Shown here: one piece after another, positions 21,004-30,108 of the stretch | Layout of the letters: each line of letters begins with the position of its first letter | Numbering within the stretch: position 1 is the stretch's first letter | Source of the DNA: Geopsychrobacteraceae bacterium | GTDB taxonomy: Bacteria > Desulfobacterota > Desulfuromonadia > Desulfuromonadales > Geopsychrobacteraceae | Length of the DNA stretch: 64,000 bases | Assembly (NCBI GenBank): GCA_963662315.1 | Contig: OY759353.1 | Coordinates: 1,856,001 to 1,920,000 of the forward strand | Direction: 5' to 3' | Notes under the pieces: generated by a model | What the model was told of the DNA's origin: nothing | Seen by the model: the letters and a program-made list of their open reading frames with translations, nothing else | The model's database searches: none | Made by a program: the position numbers and the translations under genes

Positions 21004-21270
21004 CTATTGTGAGGTTCTCTCCCGGTCTCTATCCTGATCCCGGTCTCTGTCCTGGTCCCGGTCTCTGTCCTGGTCCCGGTCTCTATCCTGATCAAGATCA
21101 CCGGCCTGGCTCTGTTTCTGTAATTGCTTCTGGTGAAGCAGCATCATCTGTTCTGACGTCATAGTGCCTTTTGCATTTGCCCCGGTGCCATTGCCTCCTT
21201 TTCCTGCAATTGCCGGAGTTCCTGCCAGCAGTACAACCAGAATAACAATCATTAATCCTGACCGCAGCAT
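21004..21270 (-). CDS. Small secreted protein with QDRDRD repeats
   Basis: SD GGAGGA before ATG 21270; signal peptide ending AIA; low-complexity charged tail. Confidence 0.65.
   Translation of the reverse strand: MLRSGLMIVILVVLLAGTPAIAGKGGNGTGANAKGTMTSEQMMLLHQKQLQKQSQAGDLDQDRDRDQDRDRDQDRDRDQDRDRERTSQ
21020..21091. repeat. Four tandem 18-bp units (TCCCGGTCTCTRTCCTGR)
   Basis: Units start at 21020, 21038, 21056 and 21074 in A-B-B-A variant order; in frame within the small ORF. Confidence 0.9.
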
Positions 21271-21404
21271 ACTGTCCTCCTTTCTGCTTAAAAATTCCCC
21301 GGTATGGCCCGTCAAAATTCAACAGTAGAGTGAAATGACACAGGCTTATACTGAAACAAACGCGGCAGACAAAAAATGGTTGACAAAAATCATGACAAAC
21401 AAAT

Positions 21405-21442
21405 GTTATAATCGCAGGCTCTTAAGAGCCTGCGATTATAAC
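21405..21442. repeat. Perfect 38-bp palindrome
   Basis: GTTATAATCGCAGGCTCTTAAGAGCCTGCGATTATAAC equals its own reverse complement. Confidence 0.92.
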
Positions 21443-21595
21443 CTGCAATTGATGAACATAGTCCCGCTTCTTAATGCAAAGTGCTATCTGTTACCGGCTT
21501 TTCAACCTGATTAGCCTAAAAACTTGAGAGGTGATGCCGGGAGACCAATCCATGTGACGACCCTTCTTTTTCCCGCCTCGACATACGACACTATG

Positions 21596-22834
21596 TCATT
21601 TCTTTTTACTGCCGGTTTTTTCCAGGATACGCACATCCATGTAGGTCAGGTTGTCCATGTAGCCAATCACGGCAACCCCTCCGCCAGTCTCATTGTTTGT
21701 TTCATCACCAGATTCAACTTCCGGCGCAGAAGCATCTTCAACAGGAAGAAATATCTGGGTAATGTAGTCACCGGTGTCGGTATCTATTCCATTGAAATAC
21801 GTGTTGAGAAGCACAGATGATCCTGACTCATCAGTTCCACAGCTGGTATCCAGGCTGAAGGTCAAGCGGTAATCACCGTGACCATCTAAGACTCCATCCG
21901 TGGAGTCATACAACTTGCGGACATTCCAGGTGTAGCCATAAATGATTTTCCCTTTAACATTAATCTCTGCGGCATAATAACCGGGTCCGTCACCGCCTTC
22001 GTACACGGCCTGATTAAGAATCGGTTCGTTGATCAGGTCCTGATCTAACGGATTTTCCCACTGATGATTGGCCGCAACCCAGTCTAAACCTTCAAGGACA
22101 GGGTTTGGACTGCCGGGCTCAGCCCCAACAGCAGGATCATCGCGCGGCACAAGCAGTTTCTGAATTGTTAGTCGGCCACAAGATGAATAAACTGTGGCCC
22201 GGGTTCCATCACCGAGTATTACATCTGCACTCTGATCTACGGCGAGACCATGGACCTCATCAATCCCCCAGCCGGAAACATGTCGCATTTGATATTCCGC
22301 CATTGGTGAATCCAGATCCTTGTAAAGAACAACCTCAACCCTCACCATAGATCGGGTATACCAGTCGACAGATTCTAGAGCGTCAGTCCAGTCGATCCAA
22401 TCAACGCCTAAAAAATCCATCCAACTGTTGTTTCCTGCCTGCCAGAGATTCTCTGGATCTTTCTGCAGGTAGGCCTTAACCCAGTCGGTTCCCGGTTCCA
22501 AACCGCTTTCCTGAAGAGGAATACCATCATCACAGTAGCTTTCATTATCTGGATCTGGTGCACAACTGAGGGGAACAATATTGGGATCTTCCCCCTCCAG
22601 GCCCCACCAATACCACCATTCTCCATTAAGCTTATCCACCGTGGCAGGAGCTGATCCCGCAAGGGGGATACTTACCCCTTCAGCCCAGATAACTGGATAA
22701 CTCAGATTGTTTCCTCCTGCTTCCTCTCCATCATCAGTAGGTTTGTCAGGGCTCCCGCCCTTTGCCGCAAAGCCAACAGACGTGAAGAACAACAGCGACA
22801 GCATGACTATCACAAATACCTTCAATGTTTTCAT
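21596..22834 (-). CDS. Secreted acidic hypothetical protein
   Basis: SD GGAGGAGG; signal peptide; Asp/Glu/Gly/Trp-rich; no family recognised. Confidence 0.75.
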   Translation of the reverse strand: MKTLKVFVIVMLSLLFFTSVGFAAKGGSPDKPTDDGEEAGGNNLSYPVIWAEGVSIPLAGSAPATVDKLNGEWWYWWGLEGEDPNIVPLSCAPDPDNESYCDDGIPLQESGLEPGTDWVKAYLQKDPENLWQAGNNSWMDFLGVDWIDWTDALESVDWYTRSMVRVEVVLYKDLDSPMAEYQMRHVSGWGIDEVHGLAVDQSADVILGDGTRATVYSSCGRLTIQKLLVPRDDPAVGAEPGSPNPVLEGLDWVAANHQWENPLDQDLINEPILNQAVYEGGDGPGYYAAEINVKGKIIYGYTWNVRKLYDSTDGVLDGHGDYRLTFSLDTSCGTDESGSSVLLNTYFNGIDTDTGDYITQIFLPVEDASAPEVESGDETNNETGGGVAVIGYMDNLTYMDVRILEKTGSKKK

Positions 22835-23197
22835 TTTTAACCTCCTCCCCTAAATGAAATAATATCAATCAAGGTCTTCCTGGGTAGATCTCCCTCTGAG
22901 AGGAAGGCCCAGGCAAGTGTGGCAAGCGCAATATGAAATGAAAATCGTGGCAGGTTCATCGACCTGAACAGATCAGGTCATGACATAAACGGAGGAAGGT
23001 ATGAAGAGTTGTCGACGGGACTGGTCTGCTATAAACATAGCAAAAAACTAGTAACATACATTTACAACAGAGAACATTTCCTAGAAAAACACTGTATTTT
23101 TACCTATCTAACCATGCAAGAATTTTATTATTACAGTTGCACCTCTTTATCCATTAAAGTTATATATAACAAAATAAACATAAAGGATGAATTAGTG

Positions 23198-23662
23198 ATG
23201 CATACACCACCAAGACACCCTCAAGGCCCCACATCATCCTTGCCCCTGTGGCGCAAAGTTCACCTTTACTGTTTCGGTTACTTCAAGTGGCTGAGCTTCA
23301 TCATTTCAATAGTTCTGGTTCTTTGCGTTATCACCGGTATTCTCTATAATCATCAGCATGATTTTACGACTCTGGAAAAAGGTCGTATTTCCACCGCATT
23401 TCTGCCTGACAGTTATCAGGAGCGGCTTGACCGCACCCGCAAGGCTCAGGGCCTGGAAGATCTATTTCCTGAAGAAGCCCATTCGGTCCCGGTTATGTGA
23501 GTCATCAAAGACCTGCATACCGGTGCTATTTTTGGTTTCTGGGGACGCATATTTTATGACCTGCTGGGCATTATTCTTACCATTCTTACAGTAACCGGCT
23601 GTTACCTGTATTTAGTCAGAAAACCTAAAGCTCGCAAACTCAGAAAGGATCAGAGCGTATGA
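23198..23662 (+). pseudogene. PepSY-associated TM helix protein interrupted by in-frame TGA at 23498-23500
   Basis: LWRKVH...ITGILYNH before the stop; the frame continues VIKDLHTGAIFGFWGRIFYDLLG...TGCYLY to TGA 23660-23662, overlapping the next ATG. Confidence 0.75.
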
Positions 23663-24117
23663 AGAGGTCAAAAATTATCGGTTGCACTATCCTGTTCCTT
23701 GCGCTGTCGGTATTGCCCGGCATTGCAGCAACCCAGGCCCTGAACGTTCCGCAACTGACCCAGGACATAACCAAAGTTGAAAAACAGGAAGTCATTCTGA
23801 CCGGTACGATCCTCGGTGCCTGTGCCAGTGGCTGTAAAATCTGGTTGGGAGAAAATGAATATAAGAAAGGCGACCCCTTTGTGCTGGTCTGGGCCAAGGA
23901 CGACGCTTTCAAATTCAAGACCGATGCCACCGGAGCCAAGGTTCAGTTGAAGGGCTTTGCCGTTGGTAAATATGTCGACCTGTGTGCCACGGAAAAAAAG
24001 CAGCAGGAAGGGATGAAAGAGGGTGAAAGTTGCCCTAAACCGGCCAATTTAGATAATCAGAAAGAGAAGCAGTTGCAGTCCATCACATTTTTTGCCACGG
24101 ACGTTGAATATCTGTAA
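23659..24117 (+). CDS. Exported OB-fold-like protein with CxxGC motif (DUF4920-like)
   Basis: Signal peptide; LTGTI.GACASGCKIW; C-terminal FFATDV. Confidence 0.6.
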   Translation: MKRSKIIGCTILFLALSVLPGIAATQALNVPQLTQDITKVEKQEVILTGTILGACASGCKIWLGENEYKKGDPFVLVWAKDDAFKFKTDATGAKVQLKGFAVGKYVDLCATEKKQQEGMKEGESCPKPANLDNQKEKQLQSITFFATDVEYL

Positions 24118-24138
24118 GAGCTTCACCTTAAGTCACTT

Positions 24139-24177
24139 AAAAAGTGACCGCGGTCAACTGTCCGCGGTCACTTTTTT
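24139..24177. terminator. Bidirectional intrinsic terminator
   Basis: AAAAAGTGACCGCGG...CCGCGGTCACTTTTTT between convergent genes. Confidence 0.88.
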
Positions 24178-24210
24178 CAGCAGTTCCGTTTTTGGCACAA
24201 TCTGCCTTGC

Positions 24211-25251
24211 TCAGGAGCGCAGATCTTTGAGAAGCCCCTTTACATAGTCACTTTTTTCCTGTAGTTGCTCCGCTGTCATCCAGGCAGGTTTAAAGTCCGG
24301 TACCAGATAAGCTTCCGTCAGCTGGGGTCGAACGCCGCCGACGGCAAAAATTTCGCCAAGAATCTTGTCAAAATAACGAACCAGTTCGGGGCTGATCTTC
24401 TGGTTGTAAACAAAAAATACTTCTTTATCGAAAGTGAAATTGGCGTCTTTGCTGTAAGGAATCCAGACGTATGGTTCCAGAAACCGAATAATATCACTCT
24501 GCTCTATTTTCCCGTAACCATTAGGGTTAGACCAACGCATGGTTGCCATTTTGGTCGGCGACCAGATAATCCGCATGCCTGAACGTTCATAGACAGGAAG
24601 TTTGGCAAACTTTTCATTCTCCTGAACTGAACCACTGATAATATCAGCCTGGCCATCGAACAAAGCCTGATTCCTCTGTTCTTGAGTTGCTGCAGCAACA
24701 GCAACCAGATTTTTCTCAGCCCCCGGTGCTATGATTTTCAATGCGTGTTTCAGAGCGGTAAAACCGACGTCAGAAGGCCCACCAGGCTCAACTGCTATCC
24801 GCACAGGAAGATTACGCCGACAGGCCTCCATAACCTCAAAAATTGACCAGTATTGAGAATGACGGGAAGCCAGGTAGGCATTGCCGGGATTCGTCGCTAT
24901 GCTTGGCCCCAGCGTATAGTTTGCAAACAGGTCTTTACGACCTTTGACACCGTAAATGGCCCCAAGATAAGCAGCGTCACCTGAAATCATCAGGGTCAAA
25001 CCATTGGCCCCATCCTTTTCTACCGACTTAAATGCCTTATCAATACCAACGACATCAACAGTAACTTTAATACCCAGCTTCTGTTCCAAGGCTTTGGCCA
25101 TAATGACGGCACTCTGGTAAATATCCCCGTTGGCAGCATCGGTCCCGACCACAAGCCGAATATCTTTGCTAATGGGACCTGCCCCACAAACCAGGCTTGG
25201 GACTGCCAGCAGAAAAAAGACTAAGAACACTCTGAAAAAAATATTCCCCAT
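24211..25251 (-). CDS. Divergent TctC/Bug-like periplasmic binding protein
   Basis: Signal peptide, IRLVV, ANGLTL and ALFDGQAD resemble the TTT receptor fold; start uncertain (ORF track 25311). Confidence 0.55.
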   Translation of the reverse strand: MGNIFFRVFLVFFLLAVPSLVCGAGPISKDIRLVVGTDAANGDIYQSAVIMAKALEQKLGIKVTVDVVGIDKAFKSVEKDGANGLTLMISGDAAYLGAIYGVKGRKDLFANYTLGPSIATNPGNAYLASRHSQYWSIFEVMEACRRNLPVRIAVEPGGPSDVGFTALKHALKIIAPGAEKNLVAVAAATQEQRNQALFDGQADIISGSVQENEKFAKLPVYERSGMRIIWSPTKMATMRWSNPNGYGKIEQSDIIRFLEPYVWIPYSKDANFTFDKEVFFVYNQKISPELVRYFDKILGEIFAVGGVRPQLTEAYLVPDFKPAWMTAEQLQEKSDYVKGLLKDLRS

Positions 25252-25516
25252 ATTCCTGTTCCTGAAAAATTTTATGCACATCGTTTCATATCCATGAAGC
25301 CAGACCAACACACTTGGCGGTCATAGCTCCCCCTTCTCATATAGTTAATCGCAATTCTTTCACAACTAACAAGTTTCCAGATTGGAAACGACAATAATTC
25401 CCGCCATAATCAATAATCCAAGGCCTTGTGTGGACCACAACATATTGTGCCTCACCAGCAAAACCACAGATTGACACCGCCACAGCGGAAAAAGGCCGTT
25501 CCCCAACAAATACAAG

Positions 25517-27364
25517 TTAAGTTCCAAGCCAGACTTCGACACGGCGGTTTCGTTCGCGTCCCAGAGCCGTCGCGTTGGTCGCAACCGGCATATCATCGCA
25601 AAACCCCTCAATAGCCTCGGTGGTGATCCCCCGCCACTGTAGAATGGTAGCAACCTTCTCAGCTCTGATCTTGGAGAGATAACAGTTTGCCGCCCGTTCC
25701 CCCCGGGTATCAGCAAAACCAAGCAATCGGATAGATTTACCACGGTTTTCTGGTTTTATCAGGAAAGCGATCAAACGTTCAAGGTCACGCTTACCCCGGT
25801 TATCCAACTCCGAACTGCCGGATTTAAAGCGAAAGTTCAAAGACAATCGGTCTGCTGAGTTGATGCTATCTCGATATTTCTGAGGAGCATAGCTCGGTAT
25901 CGGCGGGCTGATTTTATCTATAGTCAAAGAGACGAACCCTCTATCCTGTGCCACCTGTTGACCACCATCCCCAAGCGCAAACTGGAAAAACGGTCGGGCC
26001 AGATAATTTTTTGGATTGACTGCGGTGTAATAATATAAACGTCTGGACAGCGGATAATCCTCTGTTGAAATAGTAAATGGAGTAGGGAATACCGGAGCTG
26101 CGCCGTCCTGTTCAATAGCAATGGCCTTAGCATTTTTCATATAAGGGAGAGAGACAAAACCAATGGCATTTTTGTCTGCAGCAACCTCATCAGCAAGAAT
26201 CGCATCACTTTGGACCACGGTCATACCGGAGGTAAACGCCTCATCATGCATTGCCAAGAAACGAAAAACTGCGCTGCTTCCAGCATCAACATTCCGGCCG
26301 TATACATGAATGGCTCCATCAAGACCACTGTCGGGAAGCTGCGCCCATGAGGTCAGTTTTCCTGTGAAAATATCGGCAATCTGGGCCAGGCTGAGATTAT
26401 CGATTCTGTTCACCGGATGCAGAACAACAGCGATACCGTCAAGAGCAAGAATATGCTCGCTTGCGGAATTATTCAGCGGTCCAATCCCCTGATGACGTTG
26501 CAGTTCCTGCACATTAACCGGCCGTGATGACATGCCAATATCACAACGTCCACTCTCTAAACAGGAAAAAGCCTGCCCCGAGGAGGAGGATCGAATTTCG
26601 ATAGCAACCTGTCTACCATCTCCCAGGGTTCCCACTACGTGCTGAATCTCTGGCTGCTTCCCGTGAACAATTTTTACTTCCCCCGCAAACATTTCATCTT
26701 TCATGAAAGCCATGGCAATTTGCGGTGTTAACTGTCTACCGAGTGTTAGCGAGCCTTCAAGGCGCAAAAGGACTTCAGCTGGGGTAGTCGTCGCAACTAC
26801 CGGAGCCGATACTGGTGCGGGTTGTTCTCCTTGAACAGAAGCAGATGGAGCCACTGCAATGTCCGGCGGCCCTGATGGGGTTGTGTGCAGATACAGAAAC
26901 ACACCACCGGCAATGAGAAGTAAAATCAGGCACGCCGCAACAGGCAAAAAGAAATGGTTTCGCTCGCCTTTTTGCTTTTTCGCAACGGATCTCGTGGCTC
27001 CTCCACCCGCAGTTCCTTTTTTCAGCAAAACCTCAAAAACATTCTGCCCCTGTGTAACTTTTTTATCCAGCAGTGAAGTTTCTATCTTTGGCCGGCATAG
27101 AACAAACAGTGCCCCCTTGGCAAAGGAATAAACATAAAATCGAAACTCATAATATTCAAAATCGTATCGTTGCAAAGTTCCGATCAGTGCAGGGGTACGG
27201 TTTTGCTGCTGGCTTAAATCTATAGCCGACTTCTCGACGTGCCCCTTTGCAAAGTGGTTGGGTACTCTGGACATGAGGACACGCCCGGAGCTATGGCATA
27301 GAAACGCCCCGAGCACATCAGGCAAAGACAACAAATCATCTAAACATTGGGTATCATTTGTCAT
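25517..27364 (-). CDS. Roadblock-like domain, TM, PstS-like binding domain and OmpA peptidoglycan-binding domain fusion
   Basis: LPDVLGAFL..SSGRVL at N-terminus; one TM; DIGMSSR, LALDGIAVV, YPLSRRLYYY; F.SGSSEL, GFAD.RG, LS..RA, NRRVEV. Confidence 0.82.
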   Translation of the reverse strand: MTNDTQCLDDLLSLPDVLGAFLCHSSGRVLMSRVPNHFAKGHVEKSAIDLSQQQNRTPALIGTLQRYDFEYYEFRFYVYSFAKGALFVLCRPKIETSLLDKKVTQGQNVFEVLLKKGTAGGGATRSVAKKQKGERNHFFLPVAACLILLLIAGGVFLYLHTTPSGPPDIAVAPSASVQGEQPAPVSAPVVATTTPAEVLLRLEGSLTLGRQLTPQIAMAFMKDEMFAGEVKIVHGKQPEIQHVVGTLGDGRQVAIEIRSSSSGQAFSCLESGRCDIGMSSRPVNVQELQRHQGIGPLNNSASEHILALDGIAVVLHPVNRIDNLSLAQIADIFTGKLTSWAQLPDSGLDGAIHVYGRNVDAGSSAVFRFLAMHDEAFTSGMTVVQSDAILADEVAADKNAIGFVSLPYMKNAKAIAIEQDGAAPVFPTPFTISTEDYPLSRRLYYYTAVNPKNYLARPFFQFALGDGGQQVAQDRGFVSLTIDKISPPIPSYAPQKYRDSINSADRLSLNFRFKSGSSELDNRGKRDLERLIAFLIKPENRGKSIRLLGFADTRGERAANCYLSKIRAEKVATILQWRGITTEAIEGFCDDMPVATNATALGRERNRRVEVWLGT

Positions 27365-27690
27365 TGTTCAACTCACTTTCTCATTGCAGTTGAGCGAATA
27401 ACGATCTTGCCAACAGAAGCTATTGTTGCTGAACATAACGATTGGTGCGAAAGCCCCCCAGAAACAGATCCCAAAAAGTGTTGTTGAGGAATAACCGGCG
27501 AAAATATCCGGGGCCATTGTTCAGAAAAGCCCACTTGCAGGAATTTCATAGACGCTCCATTAGTTCAAGATAAAGCAGATTCAATGAATATCTTTCTTTC
27601 CGTAATACGACGAAGTGGCTCCCCAACATCCACGTCAACTAACAAGACGCTCTTCTTCCTCAGGGAGTTCCTTCAACAATTTCGCAGCGC

Positions 27691-28698
27691 TCAGCCCGAT
27701 TTTGAAATACCAAATTTCTCCGGCGAATTTTTCCCTGCACCAGAGTCCCAAATCAACCAGGACATAATTGAACGCCAGTTATTAATAAACTCACGCGCCT
27801 GATCACCACTATAGCCCAGAATAGTCAAACCATTCTGGTGGGCGTAATCTTTTACAGTTTCATCATTTAAAGCGGAACTAAAAGCCTTGATCAAGAGGTC
27901 TTTGACAGCTTGAGGCGTTCCTTTTTTTACATAAACACCATAAAAAAATCCGGATGCCTTCATGACATCTTGGTAGGCGGGATTGATCTTGGTGATATAG
28001 GGAACTTCAGGGAAGGTTTTATTCGGTGAATTTTTCATAATCGCCAGCGGTCGCAAATCCCCGCTTTTAATGTAAGGAATCGCAGCACCAACGGCCAACC
28101 CACTGACGCTGACACGGCCACCAAGCAATGCCGTAATCAACGGGCCATCACCGTTAAAGGAAACAGGCTTAAAATCAACGTTTTCAACTTTTTTTATCAA
28201 TTTGGAGGTTACCCAGGGCTGCCCACCAACGCCACTGAGTCCAATGACCACATCGCCCGGTTTCTGTCGCGCAGTCTTGATCAAGTCAGCATAACTCTTG
28301 ATTGGTGATCTTTGCGGAACGACCAGAACCGTCGCCCCCTGAACAAACAACATGACAGGATCAAACTCGTCGTAACTCAGATCCGAAAGGCCAAGAACCT
28401 GGTACAACTGCGGATTTTCAGCGTGATACAAAAGGGTATGGCCATCGGCCTTCTCTTTAAATACAGCTTCAGTGGCCAGAACCCCCGTCTTTCCGGTTTT
28501 GTTCACCATAACGATAGACTGGCCCAGAATTTTTTCAGCAATAGGTGACACCATCCGGGAAATGGTATCTGTACCACCACCGGCGCCCCACGCTATGTAA
28601 CCAATGATGGGTTGAGCCGGATATTCTTCAGCACTCACTGAACCTGCAAGCATGAGCCCTGCAAGCAATAACAGAGCTATCTTCGGCCAAATTTTCAT
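27691..28698 (-). CDS. Tripartite tricarboxylate transporter substrate-binding protein (TctC)
   Basis: YP..PI....W.AGGGTD, VNKTG..G, ADGHTL, ALLGG.V. Confidence 0.9.
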   Translation of the reverse strand: MKIWPKIALLLLAGLMLAGSVSAEEYPAQPIIGYIAWGAGGGTDTISRMVSPIAEKILGQSIVMVNKTGKTGVLATEAVFKEKADGHTLLYHAENPQLYQVLGLSDLSYDEFDPVMLFVQGATVLVVPQRSPIKSYADLIKTARQKPGDVVIGLSGVGGQPWVTSKLIKKVENVDFKPVSFNGDGPLITALLGGRVSVSGLAVGAAIPYIKSGDLRPLAIMKNSPNKTFPEVPYITKINPAYQDVMKASGFFYGVYVKKGTPQAVKDLLIKAFSSALNDETVKDYAHQNGLTILGYSGDQAREFINNWRSIMSWLIWDSGAGKNSPEKFGISKSG

Positions 28699-29210
28699 TA
28701 CATCTTCCTCCTTTTCGGCGTATCAACAACCAATGCACTAAAATATTAAAAAAAATAAAAGAGTCCTCCCCTTCCCTGTTGAAAACCATCCCCCCACTAC
28801 CTAGCAACGCTAGAGAAGACGCTCTAACAAATTGAATTTGTTCAGGGAAAATTGCGTGGATTATAGTCATGAAAAAATAATTAAACAAGACCAATATTTG
28901 TCAAAATAAATGACAATCCCTCTTGCCCGTCTTTTCAAGCCGAAACCACTCCATAATTTAACGGTTTTCAGATCTGGATAAAAATTAAGATTGTACTTTT
29001 TTTTGCAGAGGTAAGAGAGATGAGACACGTTCAACATTCGATTCAAGTAACAGTTTCTGAACTTTGTTATTAAGCCTGCTATTACAAAAAAGCGGCCAGA
29101 ACACAGCGCAGAAGAAAGCCTATGTGGTGTAAATCAAAGGCTTGAAGAGTTAGAAACCTACAGCAACGAATGCAACAAGACGAATAGAAACCCACTGAAA
29201 ACGGAATTTT

Positions 29211-29930
29211 CTATAGTTTCAACCTGCGATTCTGCTGACTGCGAGCCTTGCGGGTCGAAGAGGCATTGGATACGGCAAATTTATCTATATTTTCACGGAA
29301 GTAATCATCAAAACGGGAGAAGTGAGCCTTCAAAATTTCCTTGGCTCCGGCAAGATCATCCTTTTCAATGCAGACAACAAAGGCCTCGTGATCAGCATAG
29401 GTCTTTTCAATATGCTTGGGGCGGCGGGCGCTACGCAAGCGTAGAGCTGAGTGTTTTCCGGACACCTGATTGTAAGCATCGCGCAAGTAGCTGTTATCAC
29501 ACAGATCAAACAAAACAATATGAAAAGAACCGTCAAATACGAGATATTTATCCAAGTCGTCTTTGGCAAGTTGTGACTGCATGGCAGTTAAGTTATCTTT
29601 CAGGGCCTTGATCAGCTTGTCCCGGTTGATTTCGTAGGCCAGGTCCAGTGCTGCAGTTTCAAGGACAAAACGCATCTGGGACAACTCTTTTTGCTCTTTA
29701 GGAGTCAGAGTAAAAACAAAGGTCCCTTTTTGCGGTATGATGGTCACCAGCCCCTCAGCCTTAAGCTGGGCCAACGCTTCCCGAACCGGCGACTTACTGA
29801 TGCCCAGGGATTCAGCCAGAAGTGTCTCTGAAAGAGGTTCCCCCAACATAAAATCTTCGTTTATTATTGCATTACGCAACGTCTCGACAGTACGTTCCGT
29901 GAGACTTTTTGAGCGCTTCAGTGCTTTCAT
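29211..29930 (-). CDS. GntR family regulator (FadR/FCD subfamily)
   Basis: LSE..LA..LGISKSPVREAL HTH; FH and H..H FCD residues. Confidence 0.92.
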   Translation of the reverse strand: MKALKRSKSLTERTVETLRNAIINEDFMLGEPLSETLLAESLGISKSPVREALAQLKAEGLVTIIPQKGTFVFTLTPKEQKELSQMRFVLETAALDLAYEINRDKLIKALKDNLTAMQSQLAKDDLDKYLVFDGSFHIVLFDLCDNSYLRDAYNQVSGKHSALRLRSARRPKHIEKTYADHEAFVVCIEKDDLAGAKEILKAHFSRFDDYFRENIDKFAVSNASSTRKARSQQNRRLKL

Positions 29931-29978
29931 TCATTTCCCCTTCAACATGTGATAAGCTATGCTATTACGAAAAACTGA

Positions 29979-30044
29979 TTGACACAAGAAAAAATATCTA
30001 ACATATTAGTTTCGCTTTCCACTTCCTGACATCTGACATGTCAG
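29979..30044 (+). promoter_or_regulatory. Candidate sigma70 promoter and operator for glcD/F
   Basis: TTGACA (29979)-17 bp-CATATT (30002); CTGACAT tandem repeat merging into palindrome CTGACATGTCAG (30033-30044). Confidence 0.55.
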
Positions 30045-30108
30045 TTTTATTTTTGTTTCTCCTTTATAGATATATCTCATCTTTGTGCTGAAAGGATAGG
30101 CCAAAGCA

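Noticed and set aside
21020..21091. Short repeats as a CRISPR array
   Set aside because: Units are contiguous 18-mers with no spacers, lie in a coding frame, and no cas genes are present
21443..21595. Possible riboswitch or structured RNA (CCGGC...GCCGG pairing)
   Set aside because: No match to a riboswitch consensus I can recognise; would need an Rfam/Infernal scan
23009..23197. N-terminal extension of the ORF 23009-23500
   Set aside because: AT-rich intergenic-like sequence; the SD-like AAGGA supports a start near 23198
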